Shown piece after piece: positions 1 to 11,089 of a stretch of 64,000 bases of DNA. Under the pieces are notes generated by a model, which was not told the origin of the DNA, did no database searches, and saw only the letters and a list, made by a program, of their open reading frames with translations. Numbering within the stretch: position 1 is the first letter of the stretch; each line of letters opens with the position of its first letter. The translations under genes were made by a program, and so were the position numbers. Source of the stretch: Chiloscyllium plagiosum (Eukaryota); the NCBI RefSeq assembly GCF_004010195.1, contig NC_057759.1, positions 4,144,301 to 4,208,300 on the forward strand, in the 5' to 3' direction.

Positions 1-42
1 TTAATATGTTCTTCAGATTCTGCAATAATGATAGATAGTTAT

Positions 43-309
43 GTTTAACAGGAATGTTAATGCTGTTGCTCCTCTTCATCAGTCCATAAACCGTATCGAT
101 TGCTTCACAGGCGTAATTCCCAGAAACGTTTGCAGCCGCTGAGTTAATGGTGTACACGCTTCCATGATCAGGCGCAGTCTGCAGTGCGGCGCTGTCTCTG
201 TCAAGCTGGACGGAGAGCCATTCCGCCAGGACAGTGCACGTCAACGTGAACTGGAGCCCCTCGAATACTTCAGCTGGCTCCACCCTCAGCACGGGCTCGG
301 CAAATCGTT
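43..309 (-). pseudogene. Ig-like C2 domain exon of an Fc-receptor-like / leukocyte immune-type receptor gene (probably inactivated)
   Basis: Acceptor ttcgattccag then a 267-nt phase 1-1 open frame (E)RFAEPVLRVEPAEVFEGLQFTLTCTVLAEWLSVQLDRDSAALQTAPDHGSVYTINSAAANVSGNYACEAIDTVYGLMKRSNSINIPVK. It has PVL..VFEG..TLTC and SGNYAC Ig motifs typical of FCRL domains. The expected donor reads C|ataact instead of C|gtaact. Confidence 0.85.
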
Positions 310-499
310 CTGGAATCGAACATACAATTTGGACTTAACAAGCAACTGTTATCATCAGAGAAAAGAAGGCACTATGGTGACACGCAATGAAGAATGTGAG
401 CATTTACTGACAAAGTACAGGGGAGAGGGCAAAACTTTATCTTTTTCTTACTTGCCAAATTTCAAATTCCGTTTTGCTGCCACGAGTGCCGTAAAATGG

Positions 500-1140
500 T
501 AGAGACATACAGAATGTAAACAGACTCTTGTGCCCAACTTGTCCATGCTGGCGAGATCTCCCATGCTGATCTACTCTCATTTGCTACAATTTGGCCCATC
601 ACCCTTTAACCCTTTCCAACTCAAGTTCACAGAGACAAAGAAAGAAAGAAAGACCATTACACAAAGTCATACAGAGACATAAGGAGGGGAAATATTTGGC
701 ATTTGCCTCACACCCAGCCTTGGATTCAGAAAAACAAAAAGGTGTTTGAGCTATAGGGAGAGGCTGAACTGGCTCAAGCAGTGAGGCAGAGGGGTGACCA
801 TCAACGTTTATAAAATCAAGAGGGGTCTAGATAACGTGAATAATCACTGTTCCAGGGTCGGACAAACCGAAAGCAGATGGCATAGGTTGAAGATGAAAGG
901 GCAAAGATTTAAAACGGACCTTAGGGGTCACTTCTTCCCAAGCAAACTGGTGCATGCATTGGTCGAGCTGTCAGTGGAAATGGGTACAATGACAACGACA
1001 TTTGGTAAGGTATGTGAAACGGAAAGATTTGGAGGGGTATTGGCCACAAGCAAGCAAATTGGACAAGATCAGTTTAGGAAACTTAGTTGGCATGGATGAG
1101 TTTGAGCGAAGAGTTGGTTTCCATGTGTTTCTATGGCTGT
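500..1140. mobile_element. Decayed CR1 LINE 3' fragments (minus ~500-620, plus ~740-1140)
   Basis: RT C-terminal remnant (YKIKRGLD...HRLKMKGQRFKTDLRGHFF) and CR1 3' UTR similar to other copies in the window. Confidence 0.75.
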
Positions 1141-1280
1141 ATAAAACTAACTATTAATTTTGGTATTGATTTACTTTTTGAGAAGCAGACTGGTAGTGTC
1201 TGGCAATAAGAACAACTGGTGGGAACATTGCAACAACAAGGTTGTTTCAGTTCATCTCCTTCACACACACCTTCAACCAT

Positions 1281-1452
1281 GTTAAAAATCACACAACACC
1301 AGGTTATAGTCCAACAGATTTAATTGGAAGCACACTAGCTTTCGGAGCGTCGCTCCTTCATCAGGTGATTGTCCAAGGAGCGTCGATCCGAAAGCTAGTG
1401 TGCTTCCAATTAAACCTGTTGGACTATAACCTGGTGTTGTGTGATTTTTAAC
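1281..1452. mobile_element. Palindromic Penelope-type terminal-repeat element with hammerhead core
   Basis: ~75-bp near-perfect inverted arms (gttaaaaatcacacaacaccagg... / ...cctggtgttgtgtgatttttaac). Related copies at 18300-18495 and 25091-25225. Confidence 0.8.
1336..1364 (-). ncRNA. Minimal type I hammerhead ribozyme motif (AGCU stem III variant)
   Basis: Minus strand reads cac-CUGAUGA-A-GGAGC-gac-GCUCC-GAAA-GCUA-gug: catalytic boxes, 5-bp stem II, 3-bp stem I (cac/gug). Confidence 0.75.
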
Positions 1453-2710
1453 TTTGTAGACCCCAGTCCAACACCTGCATCTCCGAACCTTCAACCATGA
1501 CATCAAATTCACCTGGACCATCTCTGAGACCTCCCCATCACCCCCGCCCCGCCTTCCAGGACGTTTTCGTCTCCATCTCCAACAAACCATTCAGCACTAG
1601 CATCTGTTTCAAATCGACTGACTCACACAGCTATCTTAACTACAAGGGCTTTTGCCCGAAACGTCGATTTTGCTGCTCGTCGGATGCTGCCTGAATTGCT
1701 GTGCTCTTCCAGCACCATTGATCCAGAATCTGGTTTCCAGCATCTGCAGTCATTGCTTTTACCTCTTATCTTAACTACACCTCCTCCCACCCAACTCCCC
1801 TGTCAAAACGCGATTCCTTACTCCCAATTCCTCTGCTTCAGCCGTATCTGCTCCCAGGGTGAGCAATTCCATTCCACAACATCCCAGATGGCCTCCTACT
1901 CTGGTGACCATAGTTTTCCTTACGCCATGATCCACAACGTCCTCAACTGCATCTCCACCATTTTCCACACCTCTGGCCCTGAAACCCCACTCCTCTACCA
2001 CAACAACGATAGAATCCCCCGGCCCTCACATCCCACTCTGCTAATCCAGTGCATCATCGTCCGCCAATTCCTCCACCTATAGTCAGACCCCATCACCAAT
2101 ATAATATTTCTCTCCCCACCCCATCTGCTTTCCACAGGGACCATTCACTCTTGGACTCCCTCATGAGGTTGACACTCCCAATCAATCTCTCTTCCATATT
2201 GGCATCTTTCCCTGTGTCTACAGGAGGTAGGAAATCTGCTCTCACATGTCTCCTCTTACCTTTGTCCAAGGCACCAAAGAATCATTTTAAATCGGACAGA
2301 GATTCAACTTCATTTATTCTAACCTGATTTATTACATCCACTGCTCCCAATGTGGTTTCCTCTACATCAGAGACCGAACAACAACTCGGGGACATTTTCA
2401 GGAAATATCTGTGGTCCCTACGCTCCAATCACCCCCGCCTTCCGGTTCCCTGCCATTTCAACTCTCCCTCCCACTCCCTCAGTGACATGTCCACCCGGCG
2501 TCCACTGACTCATCACGATAACCTCCAACGTGCATCTACGTTTCGCCATTGCACCTACCTTCCTCCAACCTGACATCCCTCCTTCTATTTATTACTCAGC
2601 CAATTTCCCAAAACGCAGAGCTGATGAAGATGCTGGCCTGAAACTTCGACTCCCCTGCTCCTCTGATGCTGCTTGACCCGCTCTGCATTTTCGAGCTCTG
2701 CACTTTATCG
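1453..2710 (+). mobile_element. Decayed Penelope-like element (RT C-terminus, GIY-YIG remnant, terminal repeat) with a nested terminal-repeat fragment at ~1645-1762
   Basis: AIPYSQFL..RICS motif, YI-ET GIY-YIG remnant, degenerate ctgatgaaga...gaaac at ~2621-2650. Confidence 0.75.
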
Positions 2711-3052
2711 GCTATTCCGTGTAATATCTTAGCTTACATATAGAAATAGAAAGTCACAGGTTTCATGCCTTTGGCCCGTCATATTAATCCCACATTCCCA
2801 CAGCTGTCTAATCATGGTTGTCTTGTATTAATCATTCATCGCAATTGTTGGCCAGCTTACCAATTTCCAGAGCGCAGTTAATGGTCAGCCGCATTCCTGT
2901 GGGAAACAGGAGTCACGTAGAAGCCAGACCATGTCAGGAACGGCAAATTTCCTTCCTAGAAGGACATTAGTGACACATATAGGGATTGACCGGTCATTAA
3001 TAGCTCTTTAAATTCCAATTTATTTATTATTATGTCATGCTATCACACAACA

Positions 3053-3190
3053 GCGGCACGGTGGCACGGTGGTTAGCACTGCTGTCTCACAGCGCCAGAG
3101 ACCCGGGTTCAATTCCCGCTTCAGGTGACTGACTGTGTGGAGTTTGCACATTCTCCCCGTGTCTGCGTGGGTTTCCTCCGGGTGCTTTCC
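3053..3190 (+). mobile_element. HE1-type SINE 5' part
   Basis: ggcacggtggcacggtggttagcactgctg...gggttcaattcccg tRNA-like A/B boxes. Confidence 0.85.
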
Positions 3191-3382
3191 ATTAGCCATG
3201 CGGCTTGAGCAGCCACCATCCCCACACTGATTGATGATGTCATTTCCACCCCCATTATGGCCGCTTCTCGCCGTGTCTGCGTGGGTTTCCTCCGGGTGCT
3301 TTCCATTAGCCATGCGGCTTGAGCAGCCATCATCCCCACACTGATTGATGATGTCATTTCCACCCCCATTATGGCCGCTTCC
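3157..3382 (+). repeat. 114-bp tandem duplication spanning the SINE/Penelope junction
   Basis: Two near-identical units starting at 3157 and 3271. Confidence 0.9.
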
Positions 3383-5580
3383 ACAGCCAATTCCGCCCCT
3401 CACAATTCCTCATGCACCACACGTGACATCACTTCTGCCCCTCACATCATCGCTGATGTCTGACCTCCTCCTCACTGAGGACGAACGATCAGTCCTCAGT
3501 AAAAGACTCACCTTCATCCCCCTCCACCCACGCATCAATGAATTTAATACAAGCCATGACGTCAAACACTTCTTCTGCCGCCTCCACCTCTGAGCTTACT
3601 TTCACAATCAGGACTCCCGCCCACTTTCTGAGGACCCCTTCACCCGCCTCCAATACATTGCATCTAACTGGGCACCCCGTGCTGGCCTATTAACCGCCCT
3701 CGACCTCTTCATTTCCAACTGCCGCCGGGACATTAACTGCCTCAAACTGTCTATCCCCTCCCCCTCTCCAACCTCTCACCCTCATAACGCGCAGCCCTCC
3801 AATCCCTCTGCTCCAATTCCCGACCTCACCATCAAGCTAGCAGATAAAGGGGGTGCAGTGGTAGTCTGGCGCACTGACCTCAATACCACTGAAGCTAAAC
3901 GCCTACTCGAGGACACGTCTTCCTACCGGCCTCTCGACCATGACTCCATCCCCATCACCAAACCATCATCTCCCAGACCATACAGAACCTCATCAACTCA
4001 GGAGATCTCCCATCCACAGCTTCCAACCTCATAGTCCGGGAACCCCGCACTGCCCGGTTCTACCTCCTTCCCAAGATCCACAAGCCTGACCACCCTGGCC
4101 GACCCATTGTCTCAGCATGCTCCTGCTCCCTGAACTCATTTCTACCTACCTCGACACTGTCCTATCCCCCCAGTCCAGAAACTCACCACATACATTCGAG
4201 ACACCATCCACGCCCTCCACCTCCTCCAAGACTTCCGTTTCAGCGGCCACCAACGCCTCTTCTTCACCATGGATATCCAATCCCTCTACAACTCCATCCG
4301 CCATGACCAGGGCCTCCAAGCCCTCCGTTTCTTCCTCTCCCGACGTCCCCAACAGTACACTTCCACCAACACTCTCATTCGTTTGGCTGAACTGGTCCTC
4401 ACCCTGAACAATTTCTCCTTTCAATCCTCCCAATTCCTCAAGACCAAAGGGGTAGCCATGGTCACCCGTATGGACCCCAGCTATGCCTGTCTCTTTGTTG
4501 GCTATGGAGAACATTGCATCTTCCGTAATTACACCGTTACCACTCCCCACCTTTTCCTCCGTTACATTGATGACTGCATTGGCGCCACCTCGTGCTCCCG
4601 CGAGGAGGTTGAACAATTCATCAACTTCACCAAAACATTCCACCCTGACCTTAAATTTACCTGGACCATCTCATACACCTCCCTCCCCTTCCTGGACCTC
4701 TCCATCTCCATTAATGACGACCAACTTGACACCGACAAACCCACCGACTCCTACAGCTGCCTGGATTACACCTCTTTCCACCCTACCTCCTGAAAAAATG
4801 CCATCTCGTATTCCCAATTCCTCCGCCTCCACGGTATCTGCTCCCAGGAGGACCAGTTTCACCACAGATCACACCAGATGGCCTCCTTCTTTAGTGACCG
4901 CAATTTCCCTTCCCACGTGGTTAAAGATGCCCTCCAACGCATCTCGTCCACATCCCGGACCTTCACCCTCAGACCCCACCCCTCCAACCGTAACAAGGAC
5001 AGAACGCCCCTCGTGCTCACCTTCCACTCGACCAACCTTCGCATAAACCAAATCATCTGCTGACATTTCCGTCGCCTCCAATGGACCCCAACACCAGGAA
5101 TATATTTCCCGCCCCACCCCTTTCCACCTTCCGCAAAGACCTTTCCCTCCGTGACTACTTAGTCAGGTCCACACCCACCTACAACGCACCCTCCCATCCT
5201 GGCACCTTCCCCTGCCACCGCAGGAATTGCAAAATCTGCGCTCACACCTCTTCCCTCACCTTCATCCAAGGCCCTAAAGGTGCCTTCCACATCCATCAAA
5301 CGTTTACCAGCACACATCCACCAATATCATTTATTGCATCCGTTGCTCCCGATGCAGTCTCCTCTACATTGGGGAGACTGGACGTCTCCTAGCAGAGTGC
5401 TTTAGGGACCTCTCACTTATCTCTCCACCCTTCAGGCTCTCTGCCTGTATTCCTGATGAAGGGCTTTAGCCCGAAACTTCGATTTTACTGCTCCTCGGAT
5501 GCTGCCTGAACTGCTGTGCATTTCCAGCGCCACTCTAATCTAGACTCTGGTTTCCAGCATCTGTAGTCCTCGTTTTTACC
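3190..5580 (+). mobile_element. Penelope-like element, frameshifted RT + GIY-YIG endonuclease start + terminal repeat
   Basis: MDIQSLY, GVAM, RYIDD RT motifs (ORF 4269-4793); NIIYCIRC..LYIGETGR at ~5325-5385; terminal repeat 5410-5580. Confidence 0.92.
5453..5480 (+). ncRNA. Minimal hammerhead ribozyme motif (stem III palindrome mutated)
   Basis: CUGAUGA-A-GGGC-uuua-GCCC-GAAA-CUUC. Confidence 0.7.
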
Positions 5581-5679
5581 TCCCTAAGACTTACACAATT
5601 TCTAATTGCAGCTGTGGCACTCGAAAAGTCCAATAAGGAGAAATGCAATGCGTCTTATTTGATGTTTATAGTTGATACT

Positions 5680-6085
5680 GCCACTTTTAGAGTTCTGTAT
5701 ATAGTTCTGCTCACCCGGTTATAGGAAAAATATCATTCAATTGGAGAGAGTGCAGAAAAGATTTACAAAGATGCTACCGGGACTTGACGGTATGAGTAAG
5801 ACCAAGAGGCTTGATAGATTGGGACATCTTTCCCTTGAGCAGTGGAGGTTGAGTGGTGACCATATAGAAGTGACAGATATTGATAAGGTGAATATTCACG
5901 GTCTTTTCCCTAGGGTAGGGGAATTCAAAACTAGGGGGCAAGTGTGTAAGTAGAAAGGTGCAAGATTTAAAAGGAACTTGAAGGACGACATTTTCACACA
6001 GAGTGTGTTTAGTATCTTGTAGGAACTGCTAGAGGAAAGGGTAGATGCAGTTACAGTTACAACATGTAAAAATCATTTGGACAGG
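5680..6085 (+). mobile_element. CR1 LINE 3' fragment
   Basis: ERVQKRFTKMLPGL...RLDRLG RT C-terminal motif. Confidence 0.8.
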
Positions 6086-6239
6086 CCGTAGTGCCAATGG
6101 ATGATGGGGCTTTTGTCTCGCTGGAGGGAGAGGGAGAAAAAGCAAGGGGACGTGCTTGCATTTCCATTTGAGGGTCACTATGCCTCGGTCGAGCGATGAG
6201 CAGGAGAACGGTGTCCTTCATGGTACCCTCAACTAGTTA

Positions 6240-9200
6240 TTTTTTCTTTTTTTTTCTTTCATTTTTTTTGCAGCAGAGAGCGGCGGGAGCTGGACGGAAG
6301 TGAAGCCGGAGTTCAGAGCTGGTCGGGAAGGTAAGTGATTGTTATTTAAGAACTTACCGCGACGCCAACGGTCTTTTTGCAGCAGAGAGCGGCGGGAGCT
6401 GGGCGGAAGTGAAGTCGGAGCGCAGAGTTGGTCGGGAAGGTAAGTGATTGTTATTTGAGTGGAGAAGGAACCTGAGACACTACACGTGTAGTGTCTCCCA
6501 ACCTCCCTCCTCCTCTAACCTAAAAGACAAGGACTCAGTCGGCTGAACAGGTAAGCTACTTAGTGTTTTTGTTTTGGAGTTATGGCAGCGCAGGCAGTGG
6601 AACGTTCCTCCTGCAGGATGTTTGAGGTAGGGGTGACCACCGATGCTCCTGCCGACTTCATCTGCAGGAAGTGCAGCCAGGTCCAGCTCTTCACAGACCG
6701 CGTCAGGGAACTGGAGCTGGAGTGGGGTGAACTGAGAATTATTCGAGAGGCTGAGAGGATGATAGATAGAAGCAACAGGGACATAGTTACGCCAGAGGTA
6801 GCTGGGTAACAGTTAGAGGTGGGAAGGGGAGGAAGCAGGCAGTGCAGGGATCCCCTGTGATCGTTCCCCTCAACAATAAGTATACTGCTTTCTATACTGT
6901 TGGGGAGCCGGCCTCGCAGGGGTAAGCTACAGTGACCGAGCCTCTGGCACGAGGTCCGGCTCTGAGGCTCAGAAGAGAAAGGGGGAGAGGAGGAGAGCGC
7001 TAGGTATAGGAGACTCTATTGTTAGAGGGACAGACAGGCCGTTCTGTGGACATGGGCGAGACTCTCGGTTGGTTTGTTGCCTCCCAGGTGCCAGGGTCTG
7101 AGACGTCTCGGACCGTGTCTTCAGAATCCTTAAGGGGGAGGGTGTGCGCCAGAAGTCGTGGTGCACGTTGGCACCAACGACATAGGTAGGAAGAGGGGTG
7201 GGGAGGACATNNNNNNNNNNNNNNNNNNNNNNNNNNNNNNNNNNNNNNNNNNNNNNNNNNNNNNNNNNNNNNNNNNNNNNNNNNNNNNNNNNNNNNNNNN
7301 NNNNNNNNNNNNNNNNNNNNNNNNNNNNNNNNNNNNNNNNNNNNNNNNNNNNNNNNNNNNNNNNNNNNNNNNNNNNNNNNNNNNNNNNNNNNNNNNNNNN
7401 NNNNNNNNNNNNNNNNNNNNNNNNNNNNNNNNNNNNNNNNNNNNNNNNNNNNNNNNNNNNNNNNNNNNNNNNNNNNNNNNNNNNNNNNNNNNNNNNNNNN
7501 NNNNNNNNNNNNNNNNNNNNNNNNNNNNNNNNNNNNNNNNNNNNNNNNNNNNNNNNNNNNNNNNNNNNNNNNNNNNNNNNNNNNNNNNNNNNNNNNNNNN
7601 NNNNNNNNNNNNNNNNNNNNNNNNNNNNNNNNNNNNNNNNNNNNNNNNNNNNNNNNNNNNNNNNNNNNNNNNNNNNNNNNNNNNNNNNNNNNNNNNNNNN
7701 NNNNNNNNNNNNNNNNNNNNNNNNNNNNNNNNNNNNNNNNNNNNNNNNNNNNNNNNNNNNNNNNNNNNNNNNNNNNNNNNNNNNNNNNNNNNNNNNNNNN
7801 NNNNNNNNNNNNNNNNNNNNNNNNNNNNNNNNNNNNNNNNNNNNNNNNNNNNNNNNNNNNNNNNNNNNNNNNNNNNNNNNNNNNNNNNNNNNNNNNNNNN
7901 NNNNNNNNNNNNNNNNNNNNNNNNNNNNNNNNNNNNNNNNNNNNNNNNNNNNNNNNNNNNNNNNNNNNNNNNNNNNNNNNNNNNNNNNNNNNNNNNNNNN
8001 NNNNNNNNNNNNNNNNNNNNNNNNNNNNNNNNNNNNNNNNNNNNNNNNNNNNNNNNNNNNNNNNNNNNNNNNNNNNNNNNNNNNNNNNNNNNNNNNNNNN
8101 NNNNNNNNNNNNNNNNNNNNNNNNNNNNNNNNNNNNNNNNNNNNNNNNNNNNNNNNNNNNNNNNNNNNNNNNNNNNNNNNNNAAGGCAGTTCGAGGGGGA
8201 TCTGCTTTTGGAGGTAGTATGGGCTGAAGTCAGAAATAGGAAAGGTGCAGTCACCTTGTTGGGTGTTTACTATAGGCCCCCCAATAGCAGCAGAGATGTG
8301 GAGAAACAGATTGGGAAACAGATTTTGGAAAGGTGCAGAAGCCACAGGGTAGTAGTCATGGGCGATTTCAACTTCCCAAATATTGATTGGAAGCTCTTTA
8401 GATCAAGTAGATTGGACGGGGCGGTGTTTGCGCAGTGTGTCCAGGAAGCTTTTCTAAATCAGTATGCAGATTGTCCGACCAGAGGGAAAGCCATATTGGA
8501 TTTGGTACTCGGTAACGAACCGGGACAAGTGATGGGCTTGTTAGTGGGTGAGCATTTTGGTGATGGTGGCCACAATTCTGTGACTTTTCACCTTGGTTAT
8601 GGAGAGAGATAGGTGTGTGCAACAGGGTAGGTTTTACAATTGGGGGGAAGGGTAAATACGATGCTGCAAGACAGGATCTGAGGAGCATAAATTGGGAGCA
8701 TAGGCTGTCAGGAAAGAATGTCGTTGAAATGTGGAACTTTTTCAAGGAACAGATACGACGTGTCCTTGATATGTATGCACCTGTAGGCAAGAAAGAGATG
8801 GTCGTGTGAGGGAACCTTGGTTGACGAGGGAGGTTGAATGTCTTGTAAAGAGGTAGAAGGAGGCTTACATAAGGTTGAGGAAACAAGGTTCAGACAGAGC
8901 GTTGGAGGGATACAGGATAGCCAAGGCGGAGCTGAAGAAAGGGATTAGGAGAGCTAAGAGAGGGCATGAAAAATCTTTGGCGGGTAGTATCAAGGATAAC
9001 CCCAAGGCCTTTTATGCGTATGTGAGAAACATGAGAATGACGATAACGAGGATAGGTCTGATCAAGGACAGTAGTGGGACACTGTGTATTGAGTCAGAAG
9101 AGATAGGACAGGTCTTGAATGAGTACTTTTCTTCAGTAGTTACAAATGAGAGGGACTGTATTGTTGAAGATGAGAGTATGAAACGGACTGGAAAGCTGGA

Positions 9201-10590
9201 GGAGATACTTGTTAGGAAGGAAGATGTGTTGGGCATTTTGAAAAACTTGAGAATAGACAGGTCCCCCGGGCTTGATGAGATATATCCTAGGATTCTGTGG
9301 GAAGCAAGAGAGGAAGTTGCAGAGCCGTTGGTAATGATCTTTTTGTCTTCACTGTCAACAGGGGTGGTACCAGGGGACTGGAGAGTGGCGAATGTTGTGC
9401 GCCTGTTCACGAAAGGGAATAGGGATAACCCCGGGAATTACAGGCCAGTTAGTCTTACTTCGGTGGTAGGCAAAGTAATGGGTAGTGAGGGATAGGATTT
9501 ATGAGTATCTGGAAAGACGCTACTTGATTAGGGACAGCCAGCACGGATTTGTGAGGAGTAGGTCTTGCCTTACGAGTCTTATTGAATTCTTTGAGGAGGG
9601 AACCAAGCAGGTGGATGAAGGTAGAGCAGTGGATGTAGTGTACATGGATTTTAGTAATGCATTTGATAATGTCCCCCATGGTAGGCTTATGGGGAAAGTC
9701 AGGAGGCATGGGATAGTGGGAAATTTGTCCAGTTGGATAGAGAACTGGCTAACCGGTCGAAGTCAGAGAGTGGTGGTAAATATTCAGCCTGGAGCATAGT
9801 TACAAGTGGAGTTCCGCAGGGATCAGTTCTGAGTCCTCTGCTGTTTGTAATTTTTATTAATGACTTGGAAGAGGGAGTCTAAGGGTAGGTGAGTACATTT
9901 GCAGACGATATGAAGATTGGTGGAGTTGTGGATAGTGAGGAGGGCTGTTGTCGTCTGCAAAGGGAATTAGATATGACGCAGAGCTGGGCTGAGGAGTGGC
10001 AGGTATTAGCGTTCATTAGCAGAGGGATTGAATTCAAGAGTCGTGAGGTGATGGTGCAGCTGTACAGAACCTTGGTAAGGCCACATTTGGAGTACTGTGT
10101 GCAGTTCTGGTCGCCTCACTTTTGGAAAGATGTGGAAGCTTTGGCGAGGGTGCAGAGGAGATTTACCACGATGTTGCCTCGGATGGAGAATAGGTCGTAC
10201 GAGGATAGGTTGAGAGTGCTAGGCCTTTTCTTATCGGAACGGTGAAGGGTGAGGGGTGACTTGATAGAGGTTTATAAGATGATCAGGGGAATCGATAGAA
10301 TAGACAGTCAGATACGTTTTCCCCGGGTACAACAGAGTGTTACAAGGGGACATAAATTTAAAGTGAAGGGTGGAAGGTATCGGGGGGATGTCAGGCGTAG
10401 GTTCTTTACCCAGAGAGTGGTGGGGGCATGGAATGCGCTGCCTGTGGGAGTGGTAGAGTCAGAATCATTGGTGACCTTTAAGCGGCAATTGGATATGTAC
10501 ATCGATGGGTACTTCAGCTAGAACAAATGTTCGGCACAACATCGTGGGCCGAAGGCCCTGTTTTTTGCTGTATTGTGCTATGTTCTGTGA
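6240..10590 (+). mobile_element. Near full-length CR1 LINE (5' UTR monomers, ORF1 zinc-finger/SGNH esterase, ORF2 endonuclease-RT), disrupted; gap 7211-8182
   Basis: ORF1 from ATG 6582 (SSCRM..FICRKC, coiled coil, GDS, HVGTND); ORF2 YYRPP, GDFN, LDLV, NYRPVSLTS, QHGF, YMDF, FADD; tatgttct-like tail. Confidence 0.95.
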
Positions 10591-10730
10591 GTGAACCTAC
10601 TTTGTATTAGCAAATTGTCTGCCCAGCTAACTTCCCTCCAATGTAATGTGGAACATGCCAAGGCACAAAACAGAAACAAGTGTTAGGGAATATCGAAGAT
10701 TAAAAACCAAAACAATATTGGCAGTTTTAC

Positions 10731-10884
10731 CTGTCAGTTTCAAGCCGTTTGTAAAATTTTCGACAATGATGACCACCATCAGAATAAACACGAAGACACT
10801 GAACCAGATTTGCACCAAAATCACATCAGTGTCTTCTCGTTTTGCACAAGAAGAGGATGCCAGTTTAGCTCTACCCTCATCCAC
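10731..10884 (-). CDS. Transmembrane exon of an Ig-like immune receptor (LRC/GPVI/NKp46-like TM); possibly pseudogenic
   Basis: ttctgtcag acceptor and AG|gtaaaa donor flank VDEGRAKLASSSCAKREDTDVILVQIWFSVFVFILMVVIIVENFTNGLKLT(G): ~22 hydrophobic residues ending in E-N-F. Phase 0 in, phase 1 out. Confidence 0.6.
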
Positions 10885-11089
10885 CTGACAGAAATGATTG
10901 AGGAGCAAAGATGCACCGAACTCCTCATTTTAGATATGGCCAACTTGGAACGGTTGCAGTAAAAGCCAACGACTTCAGGTGAGAAGGGAATTGTAGGAAT
11001 GTAACTTTGGTCTCCACAAAATTGACGGAAGGGAGGGTTAGGATTTGCTTGAATCGGTCGATGTAAGCCTTCAGCCCATCAACCCTGTA

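Noticed and set aside
164..502. Plus-strand 112-aa ORF
   Set aside because: Antisense shadow of the Ig exon; no recognisable motif
5595..5660. Possible degenerate leader or mini-exon (IRRIAFLLIGLF; gtaagt donor) on the minus strand
   Set aside because: No ATG, and the donor is not in a usable frame
6969..8612. Long ORFs of roughly 160-480 aa spanning N runs (also near 29 kb, 39 kb and 62 kb)
   Set aside because: Length is an artefact of translating assembly gaps
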